From Alphaproteobacteria bacterium (lineage in GTDB: Bacteria > Pseudomonadota > Alphaproteobacteria > Rs-D84): a stretch of 64,000 nucleotides of DNA. The notes under the pieces were generated by a model, which was given only the letters and a program-made list of their open reading frames with translations, made no database searches and had not been told where the DNA came from. This document shows positions 1-10,374 of this stretch, piece after piece (position 1 is the first letter of the stretch; every line of letters begins with the position of its first letter). The stretch is from positions 195,114 to 259,113 of the forward strand of contig JAFZZS010000002.1 in the NCBI GenBank assembly GCA_017615655.1, read 5' to 3'. The translations under genes were made by a program, and so were the position numbers.

Positions 1-233
1 AGATAATATAAGTAATGCCCCGACAGAGAACCCTGTTGGCAAGGCGTGTTATTGTAAAGTACCGGGTTCAGCGGCTGGTTGGAAGAGGGTTAATGAATTC
101 GCTGGTAATACCGCCAAATCAGAATGCGCAAATAGATGTGCTGATTACTGTGGTTTCTTTGTTTTACAGAATCGTAATAATTTGCGTTCACTTTTGTTCG
201 TAGGACAATAGGATTTTCAGAGTATTTGAAAAA

Positions 234-257
234 CGGTTGCGTTTGCAACCGTTTTTT
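234..257. terminator. Rho-independent terminator hairpin CGGTTGC-GTTT-GCAACCG followed by T6; terminates minus-strand ccrM (A-run on the other side)
   Basis: Perfect 7-bp stem and T-run read directly from the sequence; it sits 19 nt beyond the ccrM stop. Confidence 0.6.
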
Positions 258-275
258 AGAATAGGTAATATTAAT

Positions 276-1388
276 CTAGGCGACCTTTTTCATTCCGGTC
301 TTGATATCGCGGACATATTTACGCAAATCATCAATTGAAACTAGTTGTCCATCACGTTTTTCAGCGGACCAGTAATCCCAGCCATTGTAACTGGTACAAT
401 GTTGTATACGTGCCGCCATCACATGAATAGATGCCTTGCCATACAGACTATGTACAAGATTACCATCAGATGAAATCATAACACGCTCGCCACGTGGACT
501 GACCAATGTTTGTCCAGGGTAGAGCAATCCACCATCAATAAGTTCACGAAACGCCACGCGAATTTCATCACGTTTTGGTTTAGATACTTCTATGTTCGAT
601 AAATCAATTGGTTGGACTTTTGCTACACGTTCACGTGCCGCGATAACATAAGATTCTTCGCGATCTATGCCGATAAATTGGCGACCAAGTTCCCGCGCGA
701 CTGCGGCGGTTGTGCCACTGCCAACAAATGGGTCAAGGATAATGTCCCCAGGTTTTGTGGAAGCCAAGATTACTCGACGCAACAGGTCCATTGGTTTTTG
801 TGTGTTGTGTAAACTTTTTCCGTTTGAATCTTTCAGGCGTTCTTCGCCTAGGCAAATATTCATTTCCCAATCGGACCGCATTTGTTTTCCACCATTCATG
901 CGTTTCATTGTTTCATAATTAAATGTATATTTACCAGTTTTGGTAGGAGTTGCCCATATCAACGTCTCGTGCGCATTGGTGAAACGTGTTCCCCGAAAGT
1001 TAGGCATAGGATTCGTTTTAACCCAAACGATATCATTTAATACCCAAAATCCCAGGTCTTGCAATATCGCACCGATTTGAAATATATTATGATATGTTCC
1101 AATAACCCACATTGCGCCGTCTGGACGTAAAACACGTTTGCACTCGGTAATCCATTCACGCGAAAATTTATTATATTCTGTGATAGATGCAAAAGAATCC
1201 CAATTGTCGCGTACGGCACGTGCCGCTGTTTGATCCTCGGGGCGATAGAGTGTTTTTTGTCCAAGTTGCAAGTTATAAGGAGAATCGGCAAATACGGCAT
1301 CAACCGAACCGTCGGGAATCCCGCGCATAAGTTCTATACAGTCGCCAAGCAAAATTTGGTTAATGTATTTGTTCATTCTCTCTGCCAT
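276..1388 (-). CDS. ccrM: Cell-cycle-regulated N6-adenine DNA methyltransferase CcrM (beta-class, GANTC family)
   Basis: Near full-length colinear similarity to Caulobacter CcrM. Motif IV FADSPYN precedes motif I ILDPFVGSGTT. No restriction-enzyme partner is nearby, so it is an orphan methyltransferase. Confidence 0.9.
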   Translation of the reverse strand: MAERMNKYINQILLGDCIELMRGIPDGSVDAVFADSPYNLQLGQKTLYRPEDQTAARAVRDNWDSFASITEYNKFSREWITECKRVLRPDGAMWVIGTYHNIFQIGAILQDLGFWVLNDIVWVKTNPMPNFRGTRFTNAHETLIWATPTKTGKYTFNYETMKRMNGGKQMRSDWEMNICLGEERLKDSNGKSLHNTQKPMDLLRRVILASTKPGDIILDPFVGSGTTAAVARELGRQFIGIDREESYVIAARERVAKVQPIDLSNIEVSKPKRDEIRVAFRELIDGGLLYPGQTLVSPRGERVMISSDGNLVHSLYGKASIHVMAARIQHCTSYNGWDYWSAEKRDGQLVSIDDLRKYVRDIKTGMKKVA

Positions 1389-1536
1389 ATCAGGTTAATT
1401 ATACCACATTTCGACCATAAAAAATTGCTTCTGATGGTGCGGATGATAAAAAAATGTCTTGATTTTTTATAAAAAAGCAATTTTTTGAGAATAAAATTGC
1501 TTTACACAAGACGAATAGATTGCTAAATTATTCTGC

Positions 1537-2037
1537 ATGAGATGTCCATATTGCAATTATGCTGACAGCAGGGTGGCGGATTCACGCCCAGATTTAGAAA
1601 GCGGCACTATTCGCCGCCGTCGTGTGTGTAATCAATGCGGGGCAAAGTTTACCACAGTTGAACGTGTGCAGATGCGTGATTTGGTCGTAAGAAAGAACAG
1701 TGGCAAGACAGAGGCGTTTGATCGTGACAAGTTACGGCGCAGTATTAAACTGGCGTGCCATAATCGTGATGTGGGTGACGAACAGATAGAGCGTCTTGTT
1801 GCGTCTATTCAGCGCAGATTAGAAACAGAAACAGCAGACGATATGGTAACAAGTGCCCAGATTGGTGAAATGGTTTCCGATTCGTTGTTAAATTTGGATC
1901 CAATTGCGTTTGTACGTTTCGTTTCTGTGTACCGTAAATTTTCAAAGGTTTCTGATTTCAAAAAGATTATTGATACAATCCCAGAGGTTACCGACGAAAC
2001 GATTGTTTGTAAGTTACCAAAAACCACGCTTTTCTAG
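1537..2037 (+). CDS. nrdR: Transcriptional repressor NrdR (zinc ribbon + ATP-cone)
   Basis: N-terminal MRCPYCN...CNQCG zinc ribbon plus an ATP-cone region, typical of NrdR. Confidence 0.9.
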   Translation: MRCPYCNYADSRVADSRPDLESGTIRRRRVCNQCGAKFTTVERVQMRDLVVRKNSGKTEAFDRDKLRRSIKLACHNRDVGDEQIERLVASIQRRLETETADDMVTSAQIGEMVSDSLLNLDPIAFVRFVSVYRKFSKVSDFKKIIDTIPEVTDETIVCKLPKTTLF

Positions 2038-2043
2038 GGTTAA

Positions 2044-3768
2044 ATGATGAAAAAAATTGTTGCCTTCATTTTTGCCTTGTTTGTGCCAGTTGCGTTGTTT
2101 GCGGCGCCGACGATTGATGTATTGGAAGATGCAGACGAAAGTTTATATTCACAAATTTTTATGTTGCAAGATTCAGAGAAGTTTTCTGTAGCGCAAAAGT
2201 TGGAACATCAGGTTTCTGATCCCATTTTAATGAATGAGGTTTTATATCAACGTTATTTTTCTAAGACTTATCATACTAAGGGAACCGAAGTTCAAGATTG
2301 GATGAATAAGTATAATGATATGCCTGGCGCGGCACGTATGGAAAAATTGGCTAAATTAAAGAAAGTAACGGTAAAATCGGCGCGTGTGCCAAGTATGTTG
2401 ACTGGTGGTGTGTCTATTGAAACGGCACAATCTGAAACATGGACAGCAAAACAGTATTCTGGATCAACAGATAAAAATATTACTAAATTTAAAAAGGCCA
2501 TTCGCGGTGGTAGTACGAAAACCGCACGCAATATTTTAGAAGATAAATCTTTTAAGCGTAAATTAACAGAATCTGACTATGGACGTTTGGCGGGGCGTTT
2601 ATCATATGTATATTATACTAATGGTGAATATGAATTGGCAAAAAAGTGGGGTTTTATTGCGTCTGATGCAGAGTCTGAATACGGTCTTTGGACAATGGGT
2701 TTAATTTATTTCAAAGAGCAGAAATACAAAGAAAGCGAAAAATATTTTAGTAAAATTTTGCAATTGAAGCAGATAAATAATGCACGTAAAACCGAGGCCG
2801 CTTTTTGGGCAGGGCGTGCTGCGGATATGCGAGGTGAACGTTCCAAAGCGCGTGATTATTGGCAGATTGCCGCAACCCATCCGATGGCTTTCTATGGTGC
2901 TTTGGCGGCAACTATGATGGGAAATGTTCCAGAATATGAATTTTTTGAACAAGAATTTACTTATGAAGATATCGAGGAATTGCGCCGTGACAAATATGGC
3001 AAGATGGCGTTGGCCTTGTTGCAAGTGAATCGTCGTGAACGTGCCGAAGCGTACCTAAAATATATGATAACATCCAAGGTTTCTGACAGAAATTTACATG
3101 CGATAAATGCTATTGCAACTGCATATGGGTTACCACGTGTCGCAATTCAGGCATCGGGTGTTATTCGCGATAGAGGAATTTTGGAAATTGATGACGATGT
3201 TATTTATACGGCGCAGTATCCATTGCCTGATTGGGAACCGATGGGTGGTTGGTCGATTGATAGGGCATTGCTGTTGGCAATCACAAAACAAGAAAGTGGT
3301 TTTAGAACAAATGTCACATCAAATGCAGGCGCAAATGGGTTGATGCAGATTATGCCCAGTACCGCGAAACGTGTTGCACGTGCCAACAAAGTTAATATGT
3401 CAGATATTGATATGTCGAATCCAGAGCATAACATGTTTTTGGGACAACAATATATTGTAGATTTGCTTATGCATCCGAATATAAATAATAACATTATTAA
3501 GATGTTGATAGCTTATAATGCGGGTATGGGGTCATTGGTAAAATTTGAAAAGTCTTTTGATACAAAAGATCCGTTGTTGTACATTGAAAGTTTTCCGGCA
3601 TACGAAACACGTGGATATATAAAGCGTGTGATGGCGAATTTATGGTTATATCGGGCGCGCCTGGGACAGCCATTAACCACATTGAAAGTTTTGGCTGATT
3701 CTGAATGGCCACTTTACAACAGCGAAGATGAATACGTGCGTGCCGAAGAGATTCCGTATTCTATTTAA
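2044..3768 (+). CDS. slt: Soluble lytic murein transglycosylase (Slt70-like), secreted
   Basis: Signal peptide and a superhelical N-terminal region. C-terminal SLT catalytic motif ITKQESGF...AGANGLMQIMPSTA. Confidence 0.85.
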   Translation: MMKKIVAFIFALFVPVALFAAPTIDVLEDADESLYSQIFMLQDSEKFSVAQKLEHQVSDPILMNEVLYQRYFSKTYHTKGTEVQDWMNKYNDMPGAARMEKLAKLKKVTVKSARVPSMLTGGVSIETAQSETWTAKQYSGSTDKNITKFKKAIRGGSTKTARNILEDKSFKRKLTESDYGRLAGRLSYVYYTNGEYELAKKWGFIASDAESEYGLWTMGLIYFKEQKYKESEKYFSKILQLKQINNARKTEAAFWAGRAADMRGERSKARDYWQIAATHPMAFYGALAATMMGNVPEYEFFEQEFTYEDIEELRRDKYGKMALALLQVNRRERAEAYLKYMITSKVSDRNLHAINAIATAYGLPRVAIQASGVIRDRGILEIDDDVIYTAQYPLPDWEPMGGWSIDRALLLAITKQESGFRTNVTSNAGANGLMQIMPSTAKRVARANKVNMSDIDMSNPEHNMFLGQQYIVDLLMHPNINNNIIKMLIAYNAGMGSLVKFEKSFDTKDPLLYIESFPAYETRGYIKRVMANLWLYRARLGQPLTTLKVLADSEWPLYNSEDEYVRAEEIPYSI

Positions 3769-3777
3769 TGGAGAATT

Positions 3778-4395
3778 ATGATTACTGTTGCGGATTTTTC
3801 CATTGAAAATGAAACGTGTGCAAAATTTGTTGCTGGTGTTGACGAAGCAGGGCGAGGACCACTGTGTGGACCAGTTGTTGCGGCTGCGGTGATTTTTCCT
3901 AATCGTGATATAGATATTCCAGTAATAATAAGAGATTCGAAAAAAATGTCACCACGCCAACGTGCGGTTGCATGCGATTGGATAAAAAAGAATACAATTT
4001 GGGCTACTGGTTCATGCAGTCCACAGGAGATAGATAATTTAAATATACTTTGGGCGTCTATGTGTGCGATGGAACGTGCAGTAGAAAAATTAGCCCAGTA
4101 TCCAGACTTGTGTTTGATTGATGGAAATCGTGTACCATCAGGGCTGCGTGGTCAAGCGGTGGTAAAAGGTGATGCAAAATCACTTTCTATTGCGGCGGCA
4201 TCCATTATTGCCAAAGAAACACGTGATAAAATTATGCATGATTTAGCAAAACAATTTCCGCAGTACGCATGGGATAAAAATTCTGGATATCCGACCACAG
4301 AACATTTGCAGGCAATTGAAAAATATGGTATAACACAATGGCATAGAAAAACATTTGGGCCGGTCAAAGAAAGGATAAAAAATGAAACTGCGTGA
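3778..4395 (+). CDS. rnhB: Ribonuclease HII
   Basis: GVDEAGRGPL...catalytic DE motif, typical of RNase HII; 205 aa. Confidence 0.9.
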   Translation: MITVADFSIENETCAKFVAGVDEAGRGPLCGPVVAAAVIFPNRDIDIPVIIRDSKKMSPRQRAVACDWIKKNTIWATGSCSPQEIDNLNILWASMCAMERAVEKLAQYPDLCLIDGNRVPSGLRGQAVVKGDAKSLSIAAASIIAKETRDKIMHDLAKQFPQYAWDKNSGYPTTEHLQAIEKYGITQWHRKTFGPVKERIKNETA

Positions 4396-5554
4396 TTTAA
4401 GTGGCTTGAATTTACGTGGCAAATACGTATTGCTGCGTGATGATTTTAATGTTCAGATTTTAGATGGCAAGATTACCGAAGTATTCCGTATTGAACGCAG
4501 CATGCCGACCATAGATTTTCTTCATACGGCCGGCGCACGCGTCGCAATTGTATCACACCTGGGGCGACCAAAAGGTGTACGTGATATGAAATATTCACTG
4601 CGTCCAATTGCGGATTATATGAAATTGCCGCTAATTGATGATTGCTTGTCGCGTGAATTTTTGGCAAACATGAATGATGGTGATGTGGTATTACTAGAAA
4701 ACGTCCGTTTTTATGCCGGCGAAGAGGCCAATGATCCGGAATTTTCGCGTATGTTGGCGAATGGTTTTGATTTGTTTGTAAATGATGCGTTTGCGGTTTC
4801 GCATCGTGCACACGCTAGTACCGTCGGGGTGACAAAGTTTTTGCCGTCTTATGCCGGGATGTTGTTGGAAAGCGAGATTGATAATATAACACGTGTTATG
4901 GGAAATCCAAAACATCCGGTACTGTCCATTGTTGCCGGGTCCAAGGTTTCAACAAAAATTGGTGTGTTGCGTGCGTTGGTCCGCCTGTCTGATACACTGA
5001 TTGTTGGTGGGGCATTAGGGACAACATTTAATTATGCACTGGGTGCGTCGGTTGGAAATTCGCTTTATGAACCAGATCAAAAAGAAAACGCATTAGAAAT
5101 TATAAAATATGCCACGGAAAATAATTGCAGATTGTTGGTGCCGTTGGACAAAGGGGTGGGACCAGAATTTAAACCGGATGCTAGGCGTACAGATAAAGAT
5201 ATAAATAATATCGCCCATGATGATGTTATTATTGATGGCGGTCCAAAAACCGCGGCGCGTGATGTTGATGAAATAGACCGGGCGGCAACAGTTATATGGA
5301 ATGGAACAGTTGGTATGGCAGAATGGATGCCAACATGGTCACATGGTTCATTTGCAATCGCGCGTGCCATTGCCCAGAATACTCGTGCAGGAAAATTACA
5401 CAGCATTGTTGGGGGTGGCGATACGGTCGCTGCACTGGATGCATGTGGTGTAATGAATGATATAACATATGTTTCAACAGGTGGTGGCGCCTTTCTTGAA
5501 TTTATTGAAGGTCGCCCACTGCCCGGAATAAAAGTTTTAGAAGACGGTGAGTAG
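4382..5554 (+). CDS. pgk: Phosphoglycerate kinase
   Basis: Full-length PGK similarity (N-terminal RxDFNVP-like motif; GGGA/GGGDT C-terminal motifs); 390 aa. Confidence 0.9.
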   Translation: MKLRDLSGLNLRGKYVLLRDDFNVQILDGKITEVFRIERSMPTIDFLHTAGARVAIVSHLGRPKGVRDMKYSLRPIADYMKLPLIDDCLSREFLANMNDGDVVLLENVRFYAGEEANDPEFSRMLANGFDLFVNDAFAVSHRAHASTVGVTKFLPSYAGMLLESEIDNITRVMGNPKHPVLSIVAGSKVSTKIGVLRALVRLSDTLIVGGALGTTFNYALGASVGNSLYEPDQKENALEIIKYATENNCRLLVPLDKGVGPEFKPDARRTDKDINNIAHDDVIIDGGPKTAARDVDEIDRAATVIWNGTVGMAEWMPTWSHGSFAIARAIAQNTRAGKLHSIVGGGDTVAALDACGVMNDITYVSTGGGAFLEFIEGRPLPGIKVLEDGE

Positions 5555-5574
5555 CTAACTTATAAGTATTATTT

Positions 5575-5603
5575 AACGGGGCGTTTGCCCCGTTTTAATT
5601 TTT
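5575..5603. terminator. Hairpin AACGGGGCG-TTT-GCCCCGTT plus T-rich tail between convergent pgk and ppiD
   Basis: Inverted repeat with a U-tract, read directly from the sequence. Confidence 0.5.
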
Positions 5604-5626
5604 ACACTTATTCCTAACAATAATCA

Positions 5627-7036
5627 CTATTTAACGAATCGGTTGTATGTTTTTTCGTTTATCTTGATTGGGTATTGACGTTCAAGATACGCATCGTAAT
5701 CAGCCTTGATATTTTGTGAAGATACTTTTGCAAGTTCATCTTTCAACGTGGCTAACTTTTTATCATCCACAGTCGGCACTTTTTCATCGCCAACATGCAT
5801 AACATAAAATGCGTCATCTGCATCAACAATGGTATTGTCACCGATATTCTTGTGAAATGCCTGGGTTAGCACTGGCATGGCGGCACCATCGGTTCGCGTG
5901 ACACTGATTGATTTTGCGCCATCCAATTTACCCGTTTTGTTTAAATCGACCAACAATTCATTGGCGCGTACGTATGCAGCTTTACGCTGTTCGGTGCGTG
6001 TCCAGTTGGTAACAATGTCCTTTTTCACAGAATCAAATTCCGCGTTATGTTCAGGTGTGATTTTATCAACACGGACGATTATAAAGCCCGCTTTGGTCTC
6101 GATAAGTTCACTTTCAGTATTTTCATCCATACTGAATATGCGCGCAATCATTGCATCATCAATATTTTTATCATCTGGTAATTTTGCCGATGATATATCT
6201 TTGTGTGTTTTATACTTTGCGCTATGTTTTTTCGCCGCATCCGCAAGGGTATCACCACCAATTATATCGTCTTCCAATTTTTGTGCGGACTTAAGACCTT
6301 TTTCGTACTCATCAGGTTTGTCCATTTCCACATCAATCATTACGTATGATATATCGCGTGTTTCTGCGATACGATGCGGATTTTTCGCATAGAAATCGTG
6401 CAATTCATCATCGGTTGGTGTTGGCACCTTGAAGTCTGAAAATTTTACAGTTGCCAAATCAACATTGCGTGATGCACCACGTGCATTATATGTTGCAAGC
6501 AGTGCAAATCGTGGTGTCTGTATTGCGGTTTCAATTGGGGTATTCACCATACTATTTAATGTTTTCATGCGGAGATCAGCAATAACATCCGATTCGGTTA
6601 ATCCAGAGTTCCGTAACACAACATCGTATGCCGCAGCCGAAAATTTTCCGTTTTCTTGGAATTGTGGAACGTTACGAATATCATTCGCAACATGGTGATC
6701 AGAAACCACATAGCCCAAATCACGTGCATGCTGTTCTGTTCTTTTCAACGAAGCGATATTTTTAATCACTTGGTCCTGGAAAACACTCATTGCCTTTGGA
6801 TCTGTATAAAGTGTGCGCTGCTCTTCACGCGATAACTTGGTCAACTCGTTTGATTTCATAGAGCTATATTGATTAATTGATACCTTTTCGCCACCAACAC
6901 GCATAAGTGTCGTGTCAGAAGATGTTAAACCAAACACCCATTCGGCAACACCCCACCCAACAAATGAAAAGATAAGAACACCCATTAAAATCTTTGCAAC
7001 AGGTTTATCTGCCGCATTACGTAAATATTCTAGCAT
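5627..7036 (-). CDS. ppiD: Periplasmic chaperone PpiD-like (SurA-N domain / degenerate parvulin PPIase), membrane anchored
   Basis: N-terminal TM anchor (ILMGVLIFSFVGWGV), SurA-N-like region and a C-terminal parvulin-like region. Start taken at the internal ATG (MLEYLRN) rather than the ORF-track start. Confidence 0.7.
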   Translation of the reverse strand: MLEYLRNAADKPVAKILMGVLIFSFVGWGVAEWVFGLTSSDTTLMRVGGEKVSINQYSSMKSNELTKLSREEQRTLYTDPKAMSVFQDQVIKNIASLKRTEQHARDLGYVVSDHHVANDIRNVPQFQENGKFSAAAYDVVLRNSGLTESDVIADLRMKTLNSMVNTPIETAIQTPRFALLATYNARGASRNVDLATVKFSDFKVPTPTDDELHDFYAKNPHRIAETRDISYVMIDVEMDKPDEYEKGLKSAQKLEDDIIGGDTLADAAKKHSAKYKTHKDISSAKLPDDKNIDDAMIARIFSMDENTESELIETKAGFIIVRVDKITPEHNAEFDSVKKDIVTNWTRTEQRKAAYVRANELLVDLNKTGKLDGAKSISVTRTDGAAMPVLTQAFHKNIGDNTIVDADDAFYVMHVGDEKVPTVDDKKLATLKDELAKVSSQNIKADYDAYLERQYPIKINEKTYNRFVK

Positions 7037-7102
7037 TTTGTCCCCTTTTGCGATAACATAGCAAAATATCGTGTTAAAATGCAACGGAAAAAAGGGAAAA
7101 AA

Positions 7103-7810
7103 ATGAAAATAATTGCGGGAAATTGGAAAATGAACGGTTCAGTAGGGGCTTTGGGCGAAATGACGGGGCGTTTAGCAGCAGTGAAAACAAAAAATAAGGT
7201 TATTTTGTGCGTTCCTTATACCATGTTGGGGGTCAAATCAAATAAAGTTGTCAACATCGGAGCCCAAGATATAAGCGTGCATAATCGTGGTGCCTATACG
7301 GGCGAGGTTTCTGGGGCAATGCTTGCGGAAATGGGTGTAAAATATGTGTTAGTGGGGCACAGTGAGCGTCGTATGTATCACGATGAAACCAACGATATTG
7401 TGCGTGCAAAGGCGGAAAGAGCACTGGAAAATGGCATCACACCAATTATTTGTGTTGGTGAAACCCTGGATGAGAAACGCGCAGGAAAAACACTGAAAAT
7501 TATTGAAACCGAGGTGCGGGAATCTGTGCCAGAAGAAGTACGGGGTAATATTATCGTTGCATACGAACCGCGTTGGGCAATCGGTGCGGGTCTGACGCCA
7601 ACAGCCCAAGAAATTGCCGATGCGCACAAGAGCATTGCAGATACATTGTCTTATATGGGCCTTGATGGGACCCCGATTTTATATGGTGCTAGTGTCAATG
7701 AGAATAATGTTGGGGATATTGTGTCTATTAAAAATGTGTCAGGCGTATTAGTTGGGGTTGCATCCTTGAAATCTGACGAGTTTATACCTATAATAAAGAA
7801 CGCAAAGTAA
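7103..7810 (+). CDS. tpiA: Triosephosphate isomerase
   Basis: AGNWKMNG...VGHSERR...GAS TIM signatures. Start at ATG 7103, which has an AAAGGGA RBS. Confidence 0.9.
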   Translation: MKIIAGNWKMNGSVGALGEMTGRLAAVKTKNKVILCVPYTMLGVKSNKVVNIGAQDISVHNRGAYTGEVSGAMLAEMGVKYVLVGHSERRMYHDETNDIVRAKAERALENGITPIICVGETLDEKRAGKTLKIIETEVRESVPEEVRGNIIVAYEPRWAIGAGLTPTAQEIADAHKSIADTLSYMGLDGTPILYGASVNENNVGDIVSIKNVSGVLVGVASLKSDEFIPIIKNAK

Positions 7811-7825
7811 CAAAAAGATGCTATT

Positions 7826-8365
7826 ATGGAAGACAAAGAAGTAAAAATTGAATCCGTATCCGTAAAGGATGTACAAAATACAGGTGAGCATGTCAAAAAA
7901 TCGGAATCAAAGCAAGAAACCGAATCATCAGAGCAGATGAAAATTAAAGAACTGACGGCGGAATTGGCAGATGTAAAAGATAAATATTTGCGGACGGCGG
8001 CGGAATTAGAAAATACGCGCAGGCGGGCCGCGTTGGATGCAGAATCGCGCGCACGTGTGCGGGCAATATCTGTTATTGAAAAGATTCTGCCAGTGGCGGA
8101 TGCCGTTGATGCGGCGTTAAAGCATGCGCCAGATGATGAAGGTATAAAATCTTTGGCTATGGCGTTGGAATCTGCATTTGTGACAATCGGTATTCATAAA
8201 ATGGAAACAGTAGGTAAAGCCTTGGATCCGCTGTTGCACAACGCAATTCAGGTCATAGAAGCCCCGGATGGTGTAGCGCAAAATACCGTTATAGAAGAAT
8301 TGCAGGCTGGATATATGCTTGATGATACGGTATTGAGGACCGCTATGGTAATTGTTGCAAAATAA
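7826..8365 (+). CDS. grpE: Nucleotide exchange factor GrpE
   Basis: Coiled-coil N-terminus and a GrpE C-terminal beta domain. Not linked to dnaK in this window. Confidence 0.85.
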   Translation: MEDKEVKIESVSVKDVQNTGEHVKKSESKQETESSEQMKIKELTAELADVKDKYLRTAAELENTRRRAALDAESRARVRAISVIEKILPVADAVDAALKHAPDDEGIKSLAMALESAFVTIGIHKMETVGKALDPLLHNAIQVIEAPDGVAQNTVIEELQAGYMLDDTVLRTAMVIVAK

Positions 8366-8379
8366 AATTTGTCACATAT

Positions 8380-8408
8380 TTGCGAACATGTTTTTTGTGT
8401 GGTATAAT
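8380..8408 (+). promoter_or_regulatory. Sigma70-type promoter TTGCGA-17 nt-TATAAT upstream of clpP
   Basis: Near-consensus -35 and -10 hexamers with a 17-nt spacer, 31 nt upstream of the clpP ATG. Confidence 0.5.
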
Positions 8409-8439
8409 CAAGAGTAATTAATTAGATAAGGATAGTGTT

Positions 8440-9021
8440 ATGTCGTTGATACCTGTTGTAATCGAAGAATCGCCACGTGGTGAGCGTTCTTTTGATATTT
8501 ATTCGCGTTTATTGCGGGACCGTATAGTTATGATAACTGGCGAAATTGAACCTGCGATGGCAAATACCGTTGTGGCCCAGTTGCTGTTCTTGGAATCAGA
8601 AAATCCTAATGCGGATATATCGTTGTACATTAATTCACCGGGTGGTGATGTGTCGGCCGGATGGGCAATTATGGATACTATGCAATACATTAAATCACCC
8701 GTTTCCACAATTGGTATGGGATTGGTCGCATCAATGGGTTCGGTTTTGTTGGCGGCCGGTGAAAAGGGTAAACGTTTTGCATTACCAAATGCTCAAATTA
8801 TGATTCATCAACCACTTAGTGGTATCCAGGGTCAGATTACCGATATGGAAATTGGTATGCGCAAGGCGCAAAGAATTAAAGATACAATGATAAAGCAGAT
8901 GTCTGAATTTACTGGTCGCAAGCCTAAAGAATTGCACGACGCAATGGAACGTGATAATTGGATGACGGCAGATCAGGCAAAAGATTTTGGCTTGATTGAT
9001 AGTATTTTAATCAGAAAATAA
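8440..9021 (+). CDS. clpP: ATP-dependent Clp protease proteolytic subunit ClpP
   Basis: Full-length ClpP similarity with the Ser-His-Asp triad context ([10 protein letters not shown]...HQP). Confidence 0.95.
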   Translation: MSLIPVVIEESPRGERSFDIYSRLLRDRIVMITGEIEPAMANTVVAQLLFLESENPNADISLYINSPGGDVSAGWAIMDTMQYIKSPVSTIGMGLVASMGSVLLAAGEKGKRFALPNAQIMIHQPLSGIQGQITDMEIGMRKAQRIKDTMIKQMSEFTGRKPKELHDAMERDNWMTADQAKDFGLIDSILIRK

Positions 9022-10296
9022 ATGGGTGTAAAAATGGGTGACGAGAAAAAGACGCCGGAAAAACAAGATGCTCATCAATTCTGTAGTTTTTGTGGCAAAG
9101 CTGTTTATGAAGTAAAAAAATTGGTCAGTGGTCGCAATGTTTGCATCTGTGACGAGTGTATCGCGCTGTGCAATGATATTATGGCTGACGATATGCGTAC
9201 CGAGGTCACGCGTGATGCAGAAAAGTTGCCAACCCCATCACAAATTTATGATTTTCTTAATGAATATATAATTGGTCAGGAATCTGCAAAGCGTACTTTG
9301 GCTGTGGCAGTTTATAACCATTATAAACGGCACAGTGTGGCGATTTCTTCTAATGTTGAAATTCAAAAGTCAAACGTACTGTTAATAGGTCCCACAGGAA
9401 CAGGTAAAACCTTGTTTGCACAAACACTTGCGCGCATATTAGATGTACCATTTGCAATTGCGGATGCAACAACTTTGACTGAGGCTGGATATGTTGGTGA
9501 TGATGTTGAAAGCGTTCTAACGCAACTTTTGCATAATGCTAATTTTGATGTTGAAAAGGCTCAGCGTGGAATAGTTTATATTGATGAAATAGACAAAATT
9601 GCGCGTAAATCTGAAAATCCGTCGTTGACGCGTGACGTGTCTGGCGAAGGTGTACAACAGGCGTTGCTTAAATTAGTGGAAGGAACAATCGCAAATGTTT
9701 CGGCTGGCGGGGCAGGGCGCAAGCATCCAGGTGAGGCGACTGTTCGACTGGATACATCAAAGATATTGTTTATATGTGGCGGTGCATTTGATGGTTTAAA
9801 TCGTGTAATTGCAAATCGCAAATGTGAACGTGCAGGCATCGGTTTCGGAGCAGAAGTTGCATCTAAAAAAGACCGCGAAGCCCAAAATCATATGGCGGAT
9901 GTTCAGCCCGAAGATTTGGTGAAGTTTGGAATCATTCCGGAATTGGTTGGGCGTTTACCAGTTGTTGCAACATTAACGGAATTGGATGAAAACGCATTGG
10001 TACGCATTTTGACCGAACCTAAAAATGCGATTGTAAAACAATATGTTGCGATGTTGGATATGGACAATGTAAAATTAACAATAACGCCTGATGGTCTGCG
10101 CGAGGTTGCACGTCTGGCATTGGCACGTAAAACAGGTGCACGTGGTTTGCGCAGTATTTTGGAAAAAATACTTTTGGAACCGATGTTCAATGCCCCAGAT
10201 AAAACTGACCTAGCCGAAATAGTCATAGACAAGAATGTTGTGCTTGGGAAAAAACCACCAGTGGAAATACTACGCGGGGCTAAAAAAGCAGCATAA
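9022..10296 (+). CDS. clpX: ATP-dependent Clp protease ATP-binding subunit ClpX
   Basis: C4 zinc finger (CSFCGK...CICDECI), Walker A GPTGTGKT and the ClpX GYVG pore loop. Confidence 0.95.
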   Translation: MGVKMGDEKKTPEKQDAHQFCSFCGKAVYEVKKLVSGRNVCICDECIALCNDIMADDMRTEVTRDAEKLPTPSQIYDFLNEYIIGQESAKRTLAVAVYNHYKRHSVAISSNVEIQKSNVLLIGPTGTGKTLFAQTLARILDVPFAIADATTLTEAGYVGDDVESVLTQLLHNANFDVEKAQRGIVYIDEIDKIARKSENPSLTRDVSGEGVQQALLKLVEGTIANVSAGGAGRKHPGEATVRLDTSKILFICGGAFDGLNRVIANRKCERAGIGFGAEVASKKDREAQNHMADVQPEDLVKFGIIPELVGRLPVVATLTELDENALVRILTEPKNAIVKQYVAMLDMDNVKLTITPDGLREVARLALARKTGARGLRSILEKILLEPMFNAPDKTDLAEIVIDKNVVLGKKPPVEILRGAKKAA

Positions 10297-10374
10297 TTAT
10301 TGTGTATCTTATGAATGATTTCTAATTTCTCCTTGCAGTGCAATTTTGTTTTTTGCTAGCATGTATTATCGGAG

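Noticed and set aside
612-918. Plus-strand ORFs (66 and 83 aa) lying antisense inside ccrM
   Set aside because: They are fully embedded antisense in a strongly supported CcrM coding region. They have no RBS and no similarity, and are typical spurious ORFs.
1389-1536. CtrA boxes (TTAA-N7-TTAAC) in the ccrM/nrdR divergent promoter region
   Set aside because: Only isolated TTAA half-sites occur in this AT-rich spacer, with no correctly spaced pair. The evidence is insufficient to call a CtrA site.
10334-10363. Putative sigma70 promoter TTGCAG-18 nt-TAGCAT upstream of Cys-rich gene P1
   Set aside because: Both hexamers deviate from consensus and the spacer is long. It is too weak to list as a feature without transcript 5'-end data.
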